A stretch of 59,292 bases of DNA, counting the filler, from Dugesia japonica (Eukaryota), in NCBI GenBank assembly GCA_001938525.1. It is 5 parts of 5 records of this genome, joined end to end, with 100 filler letters (N's around TTAATTAATTAA, not from the genome) between each part and the next. Parts side by side here need not be neighbours in the genome. Positions count along the whole stretch, not along the records: positions 1 to 20,269 come from MQRL01632697.1; positions 20,370 to 29,272 come from MQRL01620151.1; 3 more parts are not named here. The stretch is one strand, 5' to 3'. Each line of letters opens with the position of its first letter. The stretch's first letter is position 1. A model generated the notes under the pieces. That model was not told the DNA's origin, ran no database searches, and saw only the letters and a program-made list of their open reading frames with translations. The translations under genes and the position numbers were made by a program. Of the stretch, positions 13,801-26,651 are shown piece after piece.

Positions 13801-14639
13801 TTAGCAAAAGCCTGTAAATCATACAGTAATATCTGCAGGGAAATATTCATTTTATAACTAGCAAGACACAATCTATTATAATTTTAATTTCTTCGGGTGT
13901 AGAACACTTTCGTTCATTAATAATCTTCCTTTTTTCTTTTTCAATGGAAATTTCAAATATTTCAGATAGTTGAATACGTAATTTGTTTAGAGACTTTGGT
14001 GTTTCCATTTCTACAATTTCTTTAAGCCATTCAAGTTTAAAAGCTTCCGCTGTTCTTCTGCGTTTTGCATCCTTCGTAAATATTGCTTTCTGGTTTGTCA
14101 TGGCTTAAAAAATAGTTAAAATTTATAAGAGTTAATTTAAAATTATACATTTTAAAACATATATTCACATAATCAGACATTAAAAAGTTAAATTTTGATA
14201 AAAAATTATTTACAAATTATGAATTCAAATATTTATTTACCGATTTACTTTTATTTGGTAATATTATATTTATTGATATATCAAATTAACTCAATTCTTC
14301 ACTTGATTTTCCCTGCTTTTCATTTTGAATCTTTAAAATTCGAATGACAAATTTATGAATCCAACTGCATAATTGAACAGATGAAGTCTTAAAACGTTTT
14401 CATCTGTTGCAAAAAATGTATTAAATCTTTAAATTTAGTTTTAAATGCTTTTATTGAAGTTAACTGTAATAATCAAGACACTCAACTTTTATTAAATATT
14501 CATTAAACAATGCATGAAACAAAATTTACGCTTTTCAGTTTAAAATTACAAATTGATTTAAAGTTTGGAAAATTTCGTAAAAAAATCAATGCTTTAATAT
14601 TAATCAGTATTTTAGGAATCAATTTATAATTAAATAAAA

Positions 14640-15270
14640 AGTAAGGTGGTTTATTTTAAATAAACATGAATTACTTATTTAATCATCCAAATTTCATTTG
14701 TCGCCTCAAAAGTAATCCCTTTCCGTTGCAACTCAAATTTTCCATGTTAAATCAAATCTTAAAAACAATTTTTATATTCAATTGTTTTGAATTTCCACCA
14801 GCACATCCTTCAATTTTTTTATTGATTCCACCGACTCAAATAGGGTTCATCGAAGTGGTTTCTTTATTCCACTGATCAGGAAAAACATCGTATGCGATCA
14901 ATACGTTGAATGAATGTTGGATCATTATTTACTCGTTCAATCATATATTTAGAAACATCAACACTATGCAAAATAATTGATGATTTTGGAATCAGTTTTT
15001 ATACTAAACACTTCAAGTCTAAAAACAGGAGTTAAAATTACGTCTAATGAACCTTTTGATATGCCAACCTTTTTTGCAAGCTCTCTCACAATCGAATGAC
15101 GATTTGTCATTACTTTTCTTTTAATTTCTTTTAAATTTTCTTCTATTATTGGTGTTGGTGAACGACTAGATCGATGTGTATCTTCTATTGGATCACTACT
15201 TTCTCTAACAAGCTTATACCACGTGAATACAGTTTATCTCGATATTGATTGATCACCAAATGTTTTTTAA
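14640..15270 (-). pseudogene. Mariner (Mos1-like) transposase remnant
   Basis: Minus-strand WYKL..ES.D.IED.HRSSR.PT...EEN (HTH/RSGRP-like), LIPK (WVPK-like) and DETW-AYD-like region; many stops. Confidence 0.6.
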
Positions 15271-15593
15271 TTTTTAAATAAATCGAATTTCAAGCATTAA
15301 TAATAAAATATTAATTAAATTGAAATTAATATTGTGTTTTTTTTAATTTGGTATCTTACTTCAATTGTTATTTTCATTAGATTGTCAATAATCTATTTAT
15401 TTTTGTCAAAACTTTCGAATCATTTCTTTTATTAACACATTCGCTTCCAGTTTGAATATGATTGAATGTACCCAGAAACCAAATTTCAATTATGCAAAAT
15501 TAGGAATTAAAAATATATTTGTCTTGTGTGCCATACAAAAACTGAACAATAGAAAATCCATATACATTTACTATACTATGTGCTCCTATAAAA

Positions 15594-15657
15594 GCCGGCG
15601 GCATGAACCGAGCGATACCAAACGACTCCTATTGGAGCTGGTGGCAGCGAATGCGTT
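15594..15657 (+). ncRNA. Possible degenerate HDV-like ribozyme
   Basis: GCCGGC/GCUGGU P1 with G-U at position 1, then GG, GCGAA J4/2 and UGCGUU partly pairing AACG; P3 and P4 defective. Confidence 0.25.
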
Positions 15658-16382
15658 AAATTTAATTTATTTTCAAATTCTTACAAAATGAAAATAAGTT
15701 AATGAAGAATCACAATAGTGGTTGTCCGAAAAAGAAAATAATTTTGCGAATTGTAAATTCAATCCACTGCTTTTGTTAAAAGAATATTTAACTAGAATAA
15801 CAATAAAAATTATTTCACAAAGACATTTTATATGATAATAGAAAGCATTGTTATTCAATNNNNNNNNNNNNNNNNNNNNNNNNNNNNNNNCATTAATAAT
15901 GTCATCTATTGGTGTTGCTATGGTTGACAAATAATAATAATATATGAATTAATAATTATTGTTTGTCTAAATTGACATGAATTGTTTTGCTTCTGTAAAT
16001 TGATAAAAATTTTGAACTAATTGAAACTAATATTATTTAATACAATTTAATATTTCATAAAACGATGCTTAAACTCACGGTCATTTTACTTACTGGTTTA
16101 TGATAATCAAAAACTCTTAATATTATCTAATATTGAAATGCATATTAATACAAATTGTTGATACAAATAATATGTAGAATATAAAAAATTATTATTAATA
16201 CAAACTTTTTAAATCACCCTAGTAACATTTAAGGCAATATCAATATTATTATGAGAGAAAATTAACGAATTTGAATTTTTTAATTTAATTTTATAGGTTA
16301 GATTTATACAATTTATATTGTTATTTTAGATTTTAGGGTATTTGTAAATTTGGTTTATAGTTGATAAATATATTTTATTAAT

Positions 16383-16600
16383 TTTACAATTGCAATTATT
16401 GCGAGAATAATTGTTAGACGTAACTTTTAATCGTTTTTGAAATTTCAATAAAATAAAANNNNNNNNNNNNNNNNNNNNNNNNNNNNNNNNNNNNNNNNNN
16501 GACTTTGTCTTCAAGAGAAATTAACTTTTTGTCAGTATTTTAATTATATTTTAAGTCAATTCCTGAACAAGACAAAGTCGAAAATCCGAAACACAAGTTT
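16383..16600. mobile_element. Penelope-like inverted pLTR fragment
   Basis: Same tail as 25445; gactttgtctt (16501) is inverted to aagacaaagtc (16567); degenerate hammerhead core. Confidence 0.55.
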
Positions 16601-16759
16601 CTAGAATGATGTGGAGTTAAGAATATTATCGTCGGTAGATGAGATTTAAGAAACGTTGATTTTATTGGATAAAGTGGAAGAAAAGAAAGAATTTGTTAAT
16701 GCAGTGAGACAACAGGGAACTTAATATTCAGTATAAACGGGAAGATCATTTCAATTAAG

Positions 16760-18250
16760 GAATAAACATTCCAATTTGGAAGATTACGTTTAATGTCTTA
16801 TTTGAGTGGTGTGTATTTCTTGATATTGTTGTCTCTAGCCAATTTGATGTTGTTAGAAGTGTCATAAGGAACTTTCACATCCAGCAATATAATCTATTTC
16901 CTATCTACATTGATCAGTTGTAAATCAACTCGATCAGTGCAGTTTACAAAGTTGCATACCCAGTCAGCAATAACTTTGAAACTCGTATTATGTCGAACAA
17001 AGTCCGCAAGAAGTTCCAGAACTTCATTGTGACGCCCAATGCAAAAAGCCGATGATGTACCGTAGTGGCAAAGGACATGGGCTTGACTTTCAACACGAAT
17101 GACACATCTTCTGCAGACTTTATTTCCGAGACCAAGATTAGATTCTATAGGAAGAGTGCATGTCCGTGACCTATGTATGAAACGCCAACAATCTTGAGAG
17201 ATAGACCAATCATAGAGAGGCCTATTCGAGAGTGGGGACGCACCAATTAAAGTGGAAATGGGACCACGTTTAAATTGAGCGATCCATTTTCTAGTATGTG
17301 ACCAGCTCAGAATGTTGTGTAAGAGTTTAGTCACTGTTCCATTATCCTTAAAAGAAACCAGATAATTTTCTGTAGACAGGTTATCAACAATTTGAAGAAA
17401 TATTCCGAGCTCATTGTGCTGAAATCTTACATGAAAATCAAATTTTTTCTTTAGATAGCTAATTGACATCTGAATTTTCGACCACCAGCATTTCGAAATC
17501 GTAAGGGTGTCATGAATCTGAAGCCAGTTGAGCGCCTTATCAATGGACCATAGATTTGGATGATTAAGTTGTTTGTATGCAGCATGGATAAGGTCATTTT
17601 TAGCTATAGCCCTAACTATTACATCTTGACAAACAAGCATATTAAACCCCTGAATAATTGATTGTATCGCATACTCATCCCTGGCTTTAGTTTTCCCAAC
17701 CTCCATGTTTTTAGAGCTGTATAGATATTCAGAAACAGCGTTCAGTGGGATGACTAGAATCAATCTAATCTGTTCTCTGATACGTTTGTCAACCCCTTTA
17801 GGTCTAAGCACTACTCCATTTTCAGTGTAGGCTGAAGCATCAAACTTACAAACCGGAATGTTGAAGTTTTTAATGGCAAAAGTAAACCTCGAATGAATAA
17901 AGGTTTTATATGCCTGGATCTTATTCCAAGTATGGAGAATAGATTTAGTTATCTTCTCCAAATCTTTGACAGATTTTTCAAGCATTCCGATGGAGTCTGA
18001 AACTTACCACGACCGAAATCAACCCCAAGATAACGATAAGAATCCTTATTTAGGAGCTTAGGAATAGCACCAATTGTGGATGATCTTGTTGGAGGTTTTG
18101 CACATTGAGAGAGAGAGAGTTTGCTGAATAGCCTCCCATTTTTTGCTCCGTCCAGAAGTTGAAATAGGAAAGCCCGATGAGCTGGTGCAACTTCAGAGAA
18201 GACAGTGATGCTGCATCTGAAAGAAGCATGATAGCTTTCTGTAAATAACT
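16760..18250 (-). mobile_element. Non-LTR retrotransposon of the REL (R2/NeSL/Utopia-like) group, 3' half
   Basis: RT domain-7 YRYLG; CCHC-like CRRC..ESQAHVL; RHN; restriction-like endonuclease RVDL...LLDVKVPYD...KKY; frameshifts and truncation. Confidence 0.85.
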
Positions 18251-18810
18251 GAATTGAAGGCATATGTTTTTTTCGAACTGACTAAATGCAACAGTGATCT
18301 TGCAATTCTTTGCCAAATAACGGATGTTGCTTTTGATTTTTGTCCAGTAGACTTTAATTCACTTTTCATTATCGCCTTTATTGAGCCATTCAAGTGCTTT
18401 CTTCACGAAAACATAGTCATTTGATTGTTTGCTTTTTATAACAGCTTTTTTAAGGATATATCTGGCAATCTTAGCAACGGTAATGTCAGAGCAGGTGAGA
18501 TCTCTGAAGGCTTGAAAAATTGGTTGAACAGCCTACTCGTCTCTGCAGGAAATAAGACCTATACCTCCAAGATCTATGGGAGTGTAGAGATAGGCATAAG
18601 TTGTTCTAATAACTATGTGAAGGATGTCTTTTTTTATGATTATCCTAAGTTGTCGATCAATACAATTCTTATTGTCGGGGTTATCTATCTTAATAGTAGG
18701 AATGTTGTAATTCCGGAAAGAGAAGATAAACCGCGAGTGTAAAAAACTTTGTATGCATTGATCTTTTGCTAGGGAAAAAGGATTGAGTCGATAATAATAC
18801 GGAAGTCACT
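18250..18810 (-). mobile_element. Second, diverged REL non-LTR fragment (post-RT region)
   Basis: QKINAYKVFLHSRF / YLYTPIDLGGIGLISCRDE / KKALEWL...YWTKI parallel KIQAYKTFIHSRF / YLYSSK...RDEY / DKALNWL...WWSKI of the adjacent copy. Confidence 0.75.
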
Positions 18811-19720
18811 GATGATTTTATTAAGGTAGGCTACGCTCACACTTCAAATCATCATTAGTAAATAAAAATTAATCAACGTACAAGACTAACGACTATGGAG
18901 CATAGGAGGTCTGGAGCCTCGTCTTTGACTGTTCGGGAGCACATTCATTTACCCTACACCTGTTTCTAGGTTAAACAAAGAAATTTCTAAATCGCGATTC
19001 GTTCCAATAATTCTAATTTCATAAATCATCTTTGGTTTCTTAGTAACGATGTAAAAGTGAATTTATTTTATTGATTTTTTCCAAAAATTACCGTGGTATT
19101 TATACCAGTTTTCTAGAACAACCCCATTCTTTTTATTGGCTAATTAACGTCATTCAATATTTCGATATTTTGTCTCTATCCATTCTTGAAAAATCGTTTT
19201 TCCGAACACTATTTCAGCTGGTGTTTTATTAATATTTTTTGTATTGTTAATTTATAGTGATTTCAACTTCTAGTAATATTTCAACGGAATTTCTATGCAT
19301 TTTATCTTTCAAGCATATTTGAATTGCATCTCAAATAATCGTGAATTGTCTTTCAATCTGACCATTAGTAGCATGATCATATGGGGTGAAGAAAAATCAT
19401 TTTGCTTTTATGCATTTCACATAATTATTTTATCATTTTACTTTCAAGCGTTTTGCCTGTCTGTATTAATTATTCTAGATGTTCTATATTTTAAGATCCA
19501 TTGATTTCCAACTATTAATGCTGTAGTTTTAATGTTTTAATTGCTGACTGCATGCAGTGAAACATATTTGTTAAACTAATCAATATTACCAAGTAAATTT
19601 TGAAACAATATTTCATTCGAATCCAGACATGTTCATATATACCTTTTATATTTTAATATGCCTATGGAACATTTTTTAAATGAGCTTAATTAATTTATTG
19701 TGAGATTTGATTTGTTTGAA
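18811..19720 (-). mobile_element. Gypsy integrase remnant with probable 3' LTR (~18811-18958)
   Basis: FSSPYDHATNGQIERQF and KTPAEIVFGK; TG...CA-bounded ~150-bp segment downstream. Confidence 0.6.
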
Positions 19721-20269
19721 TATTTCTTGAACAATAACAATATTTTTGAATTAAATTTAAATAAATTACTTATTATATCAAGAGTTGATAGCAATAATAT
19801 AAGATAATATAATTTAATTTTTGCATCATTTTTAATATTATAATATACATTTTATTATTTTTTATTATAAATATTGGAATTGAAATATCTGAATATTACA
19901 AATGTTTGCCTGACATTGAAAATTTTTATTTGAACTCGATTAGGATTTTTGTTTCATATCCTCATATTTTAGAGATTTTGAATAAAATCAATCATAAAAC
20001 AATTTATCACAGCGATATCTAGACAAAATCCGATTTGATTGCATAATGTTGGAAATCAATTAATTAATTAAAAAAACCAAAATCCTTTCACATATTACGA
20101 ATACTATGTGCCGGGATTAAAAGCATGTAGTTTTTACTAAGGAGATTTTTTTCAGATGAAAGTCTAACAGTAGCTTTAATTATCATGAAAAGTACATCAA
20201 TAAATATTTAAAATCGAGATTTCACTGTTGTTGGTTGCCAAATTAATGATATCAATCAAATGTTTTGTT

Positions 20270-20369
20270 NNNNNNNNNNNNNNNNNNNNNNNNNNNNNNN
20301 NNNNNNNNNNNNNTTAATTAATTAANNNNNNNNNNNNNNNNNNNNNNNNNNNNNNNNNNNNNNNNNNNN
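20270..20369. other. Artificial contig spacer N44-TTAATTAATTAA-N44
   Basis: Six-frame-stop 12-mer centred in 100 bp; four identical copies in the window. Confidence 0.95.
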
Positions 20370-20373
20370 TACA

Positions 20374-20422
20374 ATTTTATCTGAAGATGACAGTTAAATT
20401 GTCGAAATGTGATGTAACAAAT
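20374..20422 (+). ncRNA. Hammerhead-ribozyme-like motif (partly degenerate)
   Basis: CTGAAGA-T-GACAGT..ATTGTC-GAAA core with paired stem II; stems I and III weak. Confidence 0.5.
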
Positions 20423-20440
20423 AATTTCTATAATGGAGTT

Positions 20441-20623
20441 TGTTAGGTAAATCTTCAATTGGTAATTCATTTTGCAAATCATAATTAATAGTTTGAGACA
20501 TCATTTATTTTACTAGTACAACACAAGTTTCATAAGATAAATAATATTGAAATACATGAATTTCAATACTAAATATTCAGATAACTCAATTTCTATTGGA
20601 TGAGATTATTAATTATTTCCTCA
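20441..20623 (-). repeat. 3' LTR (183 bp), preceded by polypurine tract AAGAAGGGAAATA
   Basis: Direct repeat of 24602-24790. Confidence 0.85.
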
Positions 20624-23400
20624 TATTTCCCTTCTTAAGAAACTTCCTAAGTTTTTCAACCTTTCTTTCTAATTGCTGCCCATTTTCTCCTTGTACTGGA
20701 TACCGCCTTTCATGAATTTTCTCAATTATTCGATAAGGTCCCTCAAATCTGTCTTGACTTTTATTTCTTGTTTCTACCTTGATGAGTACAATATCGCCCA
20801 CTTTGAATTCTCTTTTAGTAATCACGTCTGAAATGTTTTCTTTAGTTCTATATGAAACGTCTGACTCTAACTTTTCTCTGCTAATTTTCTTTCCAAAAAC
20901 GATCTCAGCCGGGCTCTTTCCAGTTATCTTCTGTTTTGTTGCGTTCATTGTAAATTCTATTTCCGATAAAAGATTTGTCCAATCTGTTGTCTTTCTTTCC
21001 TGAAGTGTTGCATTAATCAAATCTCGAATTTTCCTAAACTGTTTTTCAATTTTTTCTGTTTGCATTATGATGATAGGGACTCGAAAAGCAAAGTTTAANN
21101 NNNNNNNNNNNNNNNNNNNNNNNNNNNNNNNNNNNNNNNNNNNNNNNNNNNNNNNNNNNNNNNNNNNNNNNNNGGACATCCAAATCTCAATATCCACTTT
21201 TCAAAAATAGCTTTTCGTATTGTTTCCTCGTCTTGTCTAGGCAATGGTATAAGAACCAGATATTTATTGCACTGGTTGATTATTCAAAGAATGTATTGTT
21301 TCCGTCCACTTGTTTCCCGCATTGGTCCAAATATATCTGTGAATATAACTTCAAACCAATTGGTAGCTTCTAATTTCTTTGTTTTCGCTTTAGTTGCCGT
21401 CAGCACTACTTTGGTCTTCTGATAAATTTCACAACTACGAACTATCTTCTGTATTTGGCTCCACAAATTCTATGCAATATATTTGTTTCTCATATATTCG
21501 TACACCTTTTCAACTCCTGCATGACATAATAATTTGTGTATTTCTTCTATTGTTTCATGTAGTTTGTCTTTCGGAATTTTCTTTTTCTTTATTAAACTTG
21601 TTTCCTCAGAAATGTTTAAATGGTTTTCTTTTTCCTTTTCAATTATGTTCAGTATCATCGTTTTATTCTTCCCTTTCTTAGCTATCTTAACATTGTATAC
21701 ATACCTCACATCTTGGTCTAGATAACATATCTGCATTATTATGTTGAATTCCTTTTCTATATTTTAAAACCATGCTTAAACTGCTCAGATAATTAATTCA
21801 TGTCTGAAATTGTGACGTAATTGGTATTTTTGTCGTCATCATGAAAGTTAGATCTTTATGATCTGTTCTAAGAGTAAATCTTCTACCGTTTAAATAGTGT
21901 TTGAAGTCATGCAGAAATCATAAACAACCAATAATTCTTTTCGTGTAATGCAGTATCCCTTTTCATGTCATTGAGTGTGATCCATAGACAAAAACTCTCA
22001 CATTCCTTCATTCTTTATTTCTCTGTAACAATACTGCTCCAATTGTATCAAAACTGTTATTCGTATCTAATATAAATTCTTTGTTTATGTCCGGAAAACA
22101 CAATATTGGTGCAGTCATTAGAGATTTTCTCAGACCCTCAAAAAGTATCGTTTATTTCATATGTCCATTCTAATTTCTTGTTGATTGGTCCGCTACACAA
22201 CTGCTCTAATATCTTTGACTTTCTTACGTAGTTGTCTATAAACTTCCTGTAATAATTAAAAATTCCCAAGAAACTTCTTAACTTCTTCACACAGTTAGGT
22301 TTGCCAAATGTTCTTATTGCTTCTATTTTAGACGGATCAGTTCTAACACCATCCCTGCTAATTATGTGTCCAAGAAACTTGATTTTGCTTTGAAAAAACG
22401 GACAATTTTCTGGATTAATTCCTAAACAAGCCTTCATTATTTCCATCAACTTTTTTAATAACTTCATAGTGTTGATGTCTATTGTTCGTAAACATCAGAA
22501 TGTCATCAATAAAAACCATCAATAAAAAATCCGCCTACCACTTTTGTCATCATCTCCAAAAATGTCCCTGGTGCTGCTACGATGCCAAATCGCATTCTAT
22601 TAAAACAATATTGTCCGTGTTTCGTTGAAAACGCCGTTTTTTCTTGAGATTCTTCTTCAAAATCTACCTGATTCTTCTTCGAGCCTTTCCCAAATCTATT
22701 GAACTGAAATATTTGACTCCATCTAACTTGTCCATCATAGTATCGACATTAAGCATCGATAAGGCTTGCATATTTGTTACTGCATTCAATTGTCTGAAAT
22801 CCAAACATATTCTTATGTCTTTCATTTCATTTTTCTAAACACAGATCAGTGGGGTATTCCATGAAAGTTGCACTTCCGGATAATATTATTCGCAAAAAGT
22901 TTTTGGATAGCTTCTTTAATTTTAGATTCTAAGTTCATTGGTTGTCTATACGGTTTTACATGCATTGGTTCACCACTTGTGATTATTTTGTGTCATGTCA
23001 GATATGAGCGTCCTACATCCTATTTATCTGCCATAAAATCATCTTCTTTACTTCCAATTATTTTCAATAATCGCTGATCGTCTTTAATCTTCAAAGTATT
23101 TAAGGTTCTTGTCAATCGCTCTCCTTTTTTATTCCAAAATTCGCTTCAATATTGCAAAAGTAATTTTCGACTTTTTCATGCATTTTGCTATCGACTTTTT
23201 TTNNNNNNNNNNNNNNNNNNNNNNNNNNNNNNNNNNNNNNNNNNNNNNNNNNNNNNNNNNNNNNNNNNNNNNNNNNNNNNNNNNNNNNNNNNNNNNNNNN
23301 NNNNNNNNNNNNNNNNNNNNNNNNNNNNNNNNNNNNNNNNNNNNNNNNNNNNNTTGAATTGATACCGTAACACTTGGTCTGCCTTGCAATTTATGGTACT
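20613..23400 (-). pseudogene. pol: Gypsy pol (RT, RNase H, integrase), frameshifted
   Basis: KFLGHIIS..G...DP.KIEAI; LRSFLG..NYYRKFI; HKLLCHAG; FTDIFGP; DRFEGPY. Confidence 0.9.
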
Positions 23401-24588
23401 AATTATTTTTTCTTGTCTTATTCAACTGTTCCAACTCATTCAACCTTTCTCTCATCTGCAAAATTTTCCATCTTTAAAAACCTGTATACTTTTTCTGTAA
23501 CTTTTCGACTCTTTGAAGATAATTACTCACTTCACTTAACAATGGATGGCTCCAACCAACTCCACTACTGGTGGAGCCCTGCCTTTTGGGTACTGCCTTT
23601 CGGATTCACTTTCATATACTTCCTCATATCCATCGTTTGTACTGACATCTTCATTTTCAATCGCATGTACTCGATTATANNNNNNNNNNNNNNNNNNNNN
23701 NNNNNNNNNNNNNNNNNNNNNNNNNNNNNNNNNNNNNNNNNNNNNNNNNNNNNNNNNNNNNNNNNNNNNNNNNNNNNNNNNNNNNNNNNNNNNNNNNNNN
23801 NNNNNNNNNNNNNNNNNNNNNTTTCCACAACCAAAACATTTTGTTGGTTTTTTATTTGGACAATCTCGACTTATATGTCCTGTTTTATGATAACTTCAGC
23901 ACTCTACCACTTTTTTGTCGGACAATTTGCTTTAGTATGACCAATATTATGACATGACCAACATTCGATTTTTTGTTTTTCCTTTCTTTGCTCCACATGT
24001 CTATTTACTGTATGATTTACCGGTTTCTGATAATTTCGATTTGTNNNNNNNNNNNNNNNNNNNNNNNNNNNNNNNNNNNNNNNNNNNNNNNNNNNNNNNN
24101 NNNNNNNNNNNNNNNNNNNNNNNNNNNNNNNNNNNNNNNNNNNNNNNNNNNNNNNNNNNNNNNNNNNNNNNNNNNNNNNNNNNNNNNNNNNNNNNNNNNN
24201 NNNNNNNNNNNNNNNNNNNNNTTCTTTGTAAAATCTTTATTTGTAAATAATCTTTTTACTAAATCTTTTACATTTTTAAAATAAACTTGAATCTATTAAT
24301 TTCCACGCCTGTAGTTAATCAAATTTTGAAAATCTGTGATAATATCTTTCTCTTTCTCAAATGCCATACGTAAACGAGCCTGAAATCCTTCAACTTTGTT
24401 TCAACGTCTTTGCATATTCTTCCAACTAATCTTCATCTAGAAAACAAGAGACTAATCTCTCCTGTTATTTCATATGAGTGATGTTTTTAGCTTCAAAATA
24501 CATTTCGCACTGCTTGATGAATTTCTCAATATCATCTCCTCTGCAGAACACTTTTGGCGATAACCTCTCTGTAATAGAATCGGTATTT

Positions 24589-24601
24589 ACCGCTGCCACN
24601 A
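24589..24601 (-). promoter_or_regulatory. Primer-binding site, tRNA-Leu type (T-n-GTGGCAGCGG)
   Basis: Immediately follows the 5' LTR; complementary to the ...CCGCTGCCACCA 3' end of tRNA-Leu. Confidence 0.7.
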
Positions 24602-24790
24602 TGTTAGGTANATCTTCAATTGGTAATTNATTTTGCAAATCATAATTAATATTTTGAGACATCATTTATTTTACTACTACAACACATGTTTCATAAGATA
24701 AATAATATTGAAATACATGATTTTCAATATTAATATTCAGATAACTCAATTTCTATTGGATGAGATTATTTATTAATATTTATTTGCTCA
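24602..24790 (-). repeat. 5' LTR (189 bp)
   Basis: Direct repeat of 20441-20623. Confidence 0.85.
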
Positions 24791-25444
24791 GAATTAATAA
24801 TTATTATTTTTATTGATTAATATTAACTATAGTTTCACTATTTATTTTTATTTCATTTTATTATTGTTTTTATTTTATACTTTATCAATCTAATTAAAAT
24901 CTACTGGTCAACATTAATATAAATATATTTATTCATTAACGATAATTCCTTAAAATATCAGTGTAAAAGTATATCATTGGTGCGCATCTATTAATCTAAC
25001 ATTTAAATTTACAATATTCTGTTGGAATTGTACCAAAAAAACCCCGAAAAATTGGGTTATTTAAATAAATTTATGAAATGACGTCGAATCTAAGGATGTT
25101 TATCAATTCATTCATATATACAGTAGGAATCACTGTCATTACGCATCACGATAGAATTACTAACTAATTAACCTGGTTTGATATTTGCACTTACAACCTA
25201 TCCAAAATTTTCAAAATATAAAGTTTTCATTATAATTCAAATACGAATGATGAATCATTTACTCTTAATTTATTGAATTATTAAACTTGGTGTTTTTTTA
25301 TCGGAGTGAATTTATTCATTACAATGTCCCAGAACATACTGGATTAACATTTTAAATTTTTTTTACTGGGTTCATGCATGCAACAACTATCAACATTTTT
25401 GTTTTGGAAATATTTCAATTATTTGATATAATATAAACATTAAC

Positions 25445-26651
25445 ACTTTACAATTTCAATTATTGCGTGAATAATTGTTGGACGTAACCATTGATGATTT
25501 TTCAGAATTCATTAAAATAAAAGCTTCCATCAAAATTTTTTTTGTTTTTGATAATTATTCGAATCTTTGACAGTCTTCGCCAGGAATCGAATTTTGATTT
25601 ATTCAAAATTTATGTTCATAATGGAAATATTTTTTTGAATTAATTTAATTTACTGAATTTTAATTGGTTAATTTTAATTAAATTCACTTTAGAGAAATTA
25701 ATTGATTTTTAGATTCTTTTTCTGGACATTTTCGAGCTGAAGAATTCGAGCGGAGAGACAATCTTCAAATGAAGAAATGAAATTGATTTCTCTCAAGCTG
25801 ATAAAACAGAAATTCATAAAAATCGGCTACCCAAATAAAATTATATCAAAATATTTATTTTCGAATTGAATATATAATAAAATCCAACCAAAAACAAACA
25901 CAGTTATTAAATTACCGTTTGTTAATGAGAAATGTAAACAAATCATGCAAAATATAATAAAAAAATCTAAACTAAAGCACAATCCAAGATTTATATTCCA
26001 AAAGCAAGCACCTTACGGGCATCCAATAACAGAAACCACGACAAACCTTTGTGGTCCCAAATGCATTTGTGATGGTAGAAATATATGGAATTTGAAAAAT
26101 GTCACTTGTAAAATAACATGCACCATTTTTCAAGAAACATATACAGGTTAAACATACAACCATCCAAACAAGAATTAAGAAAAATCTCAAACAAAAAGAA
26201 AGTGAAGTCTTCAAACACTTTCAACACAAAAATTATATTTCACCAGAACAATATCACATAACATGGAAAGCACTAGGAACAGGCTAGATTACTAATTAAA
26301 TAAGACAATCCCATAATCAATGTAAATTATAATAATTAAATAATTAAAATTTAAAAATTAACCAATTAAAATTCAGTAAATTAAATTAATTCGAAATATA
26401 TTTTCATTATAAACATAAATCTTGAATAAATGGAAAAAGTCAATTCCTGACAAAGACTAAGTCAAAATTTAAAATTATTATCAAAAACAAAAAAAATTTG
26501 ATCGAAACTTTTATTTTNACACTTTATTGATAAATCGATTACATAATTTTATTGATTTTTAAAACCAAATAAAAAATTATATTTCTTCATGATTATATAA
26601 TTCCATGGTATAGTCCCACAGTTATTCTCGCAATAATTGTAATTGTAAAGT
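25445..26651 (+). mobile_element. 5'-truncated Penelope-like retroelement: GIY-YIG endonuclease remnant flanked by inverted pLTRs
   Basis: KNVTCKITCTIFQETYTG*T then TIQTRIKKNL....SEVFKH; ~240-bp inverted arms each with a degenerate hammerhead core. Confidence 0.75.

Larger units (their letters stand above)
20441..24790 (-). mobile_element. Full-length but decayed compact Ty3/Gypsy LTR retrotransposon (4.35 kb)
   Basis: Two TG...CA LTRs; flanks GAGTT/GAATT (5-bp TSD, 1 mismatch); order gag-PR-RT(VFIDD)-RNaseH-IN(HHCC, core, GPY). Confidence 0.9.

Noticed and set aside
12340-14101. Additional hAT-like transposase pieces (12340-12830 + and 13847-14101 -)
   Set aside because: Similarity too weak to support by eye
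18880-18950. U2 snRNA target or HDV ribozyme at the REL element 5' side
   Set aside because: No U2 consensus or HDV fold found; better explained as Gypsy LTR sequence
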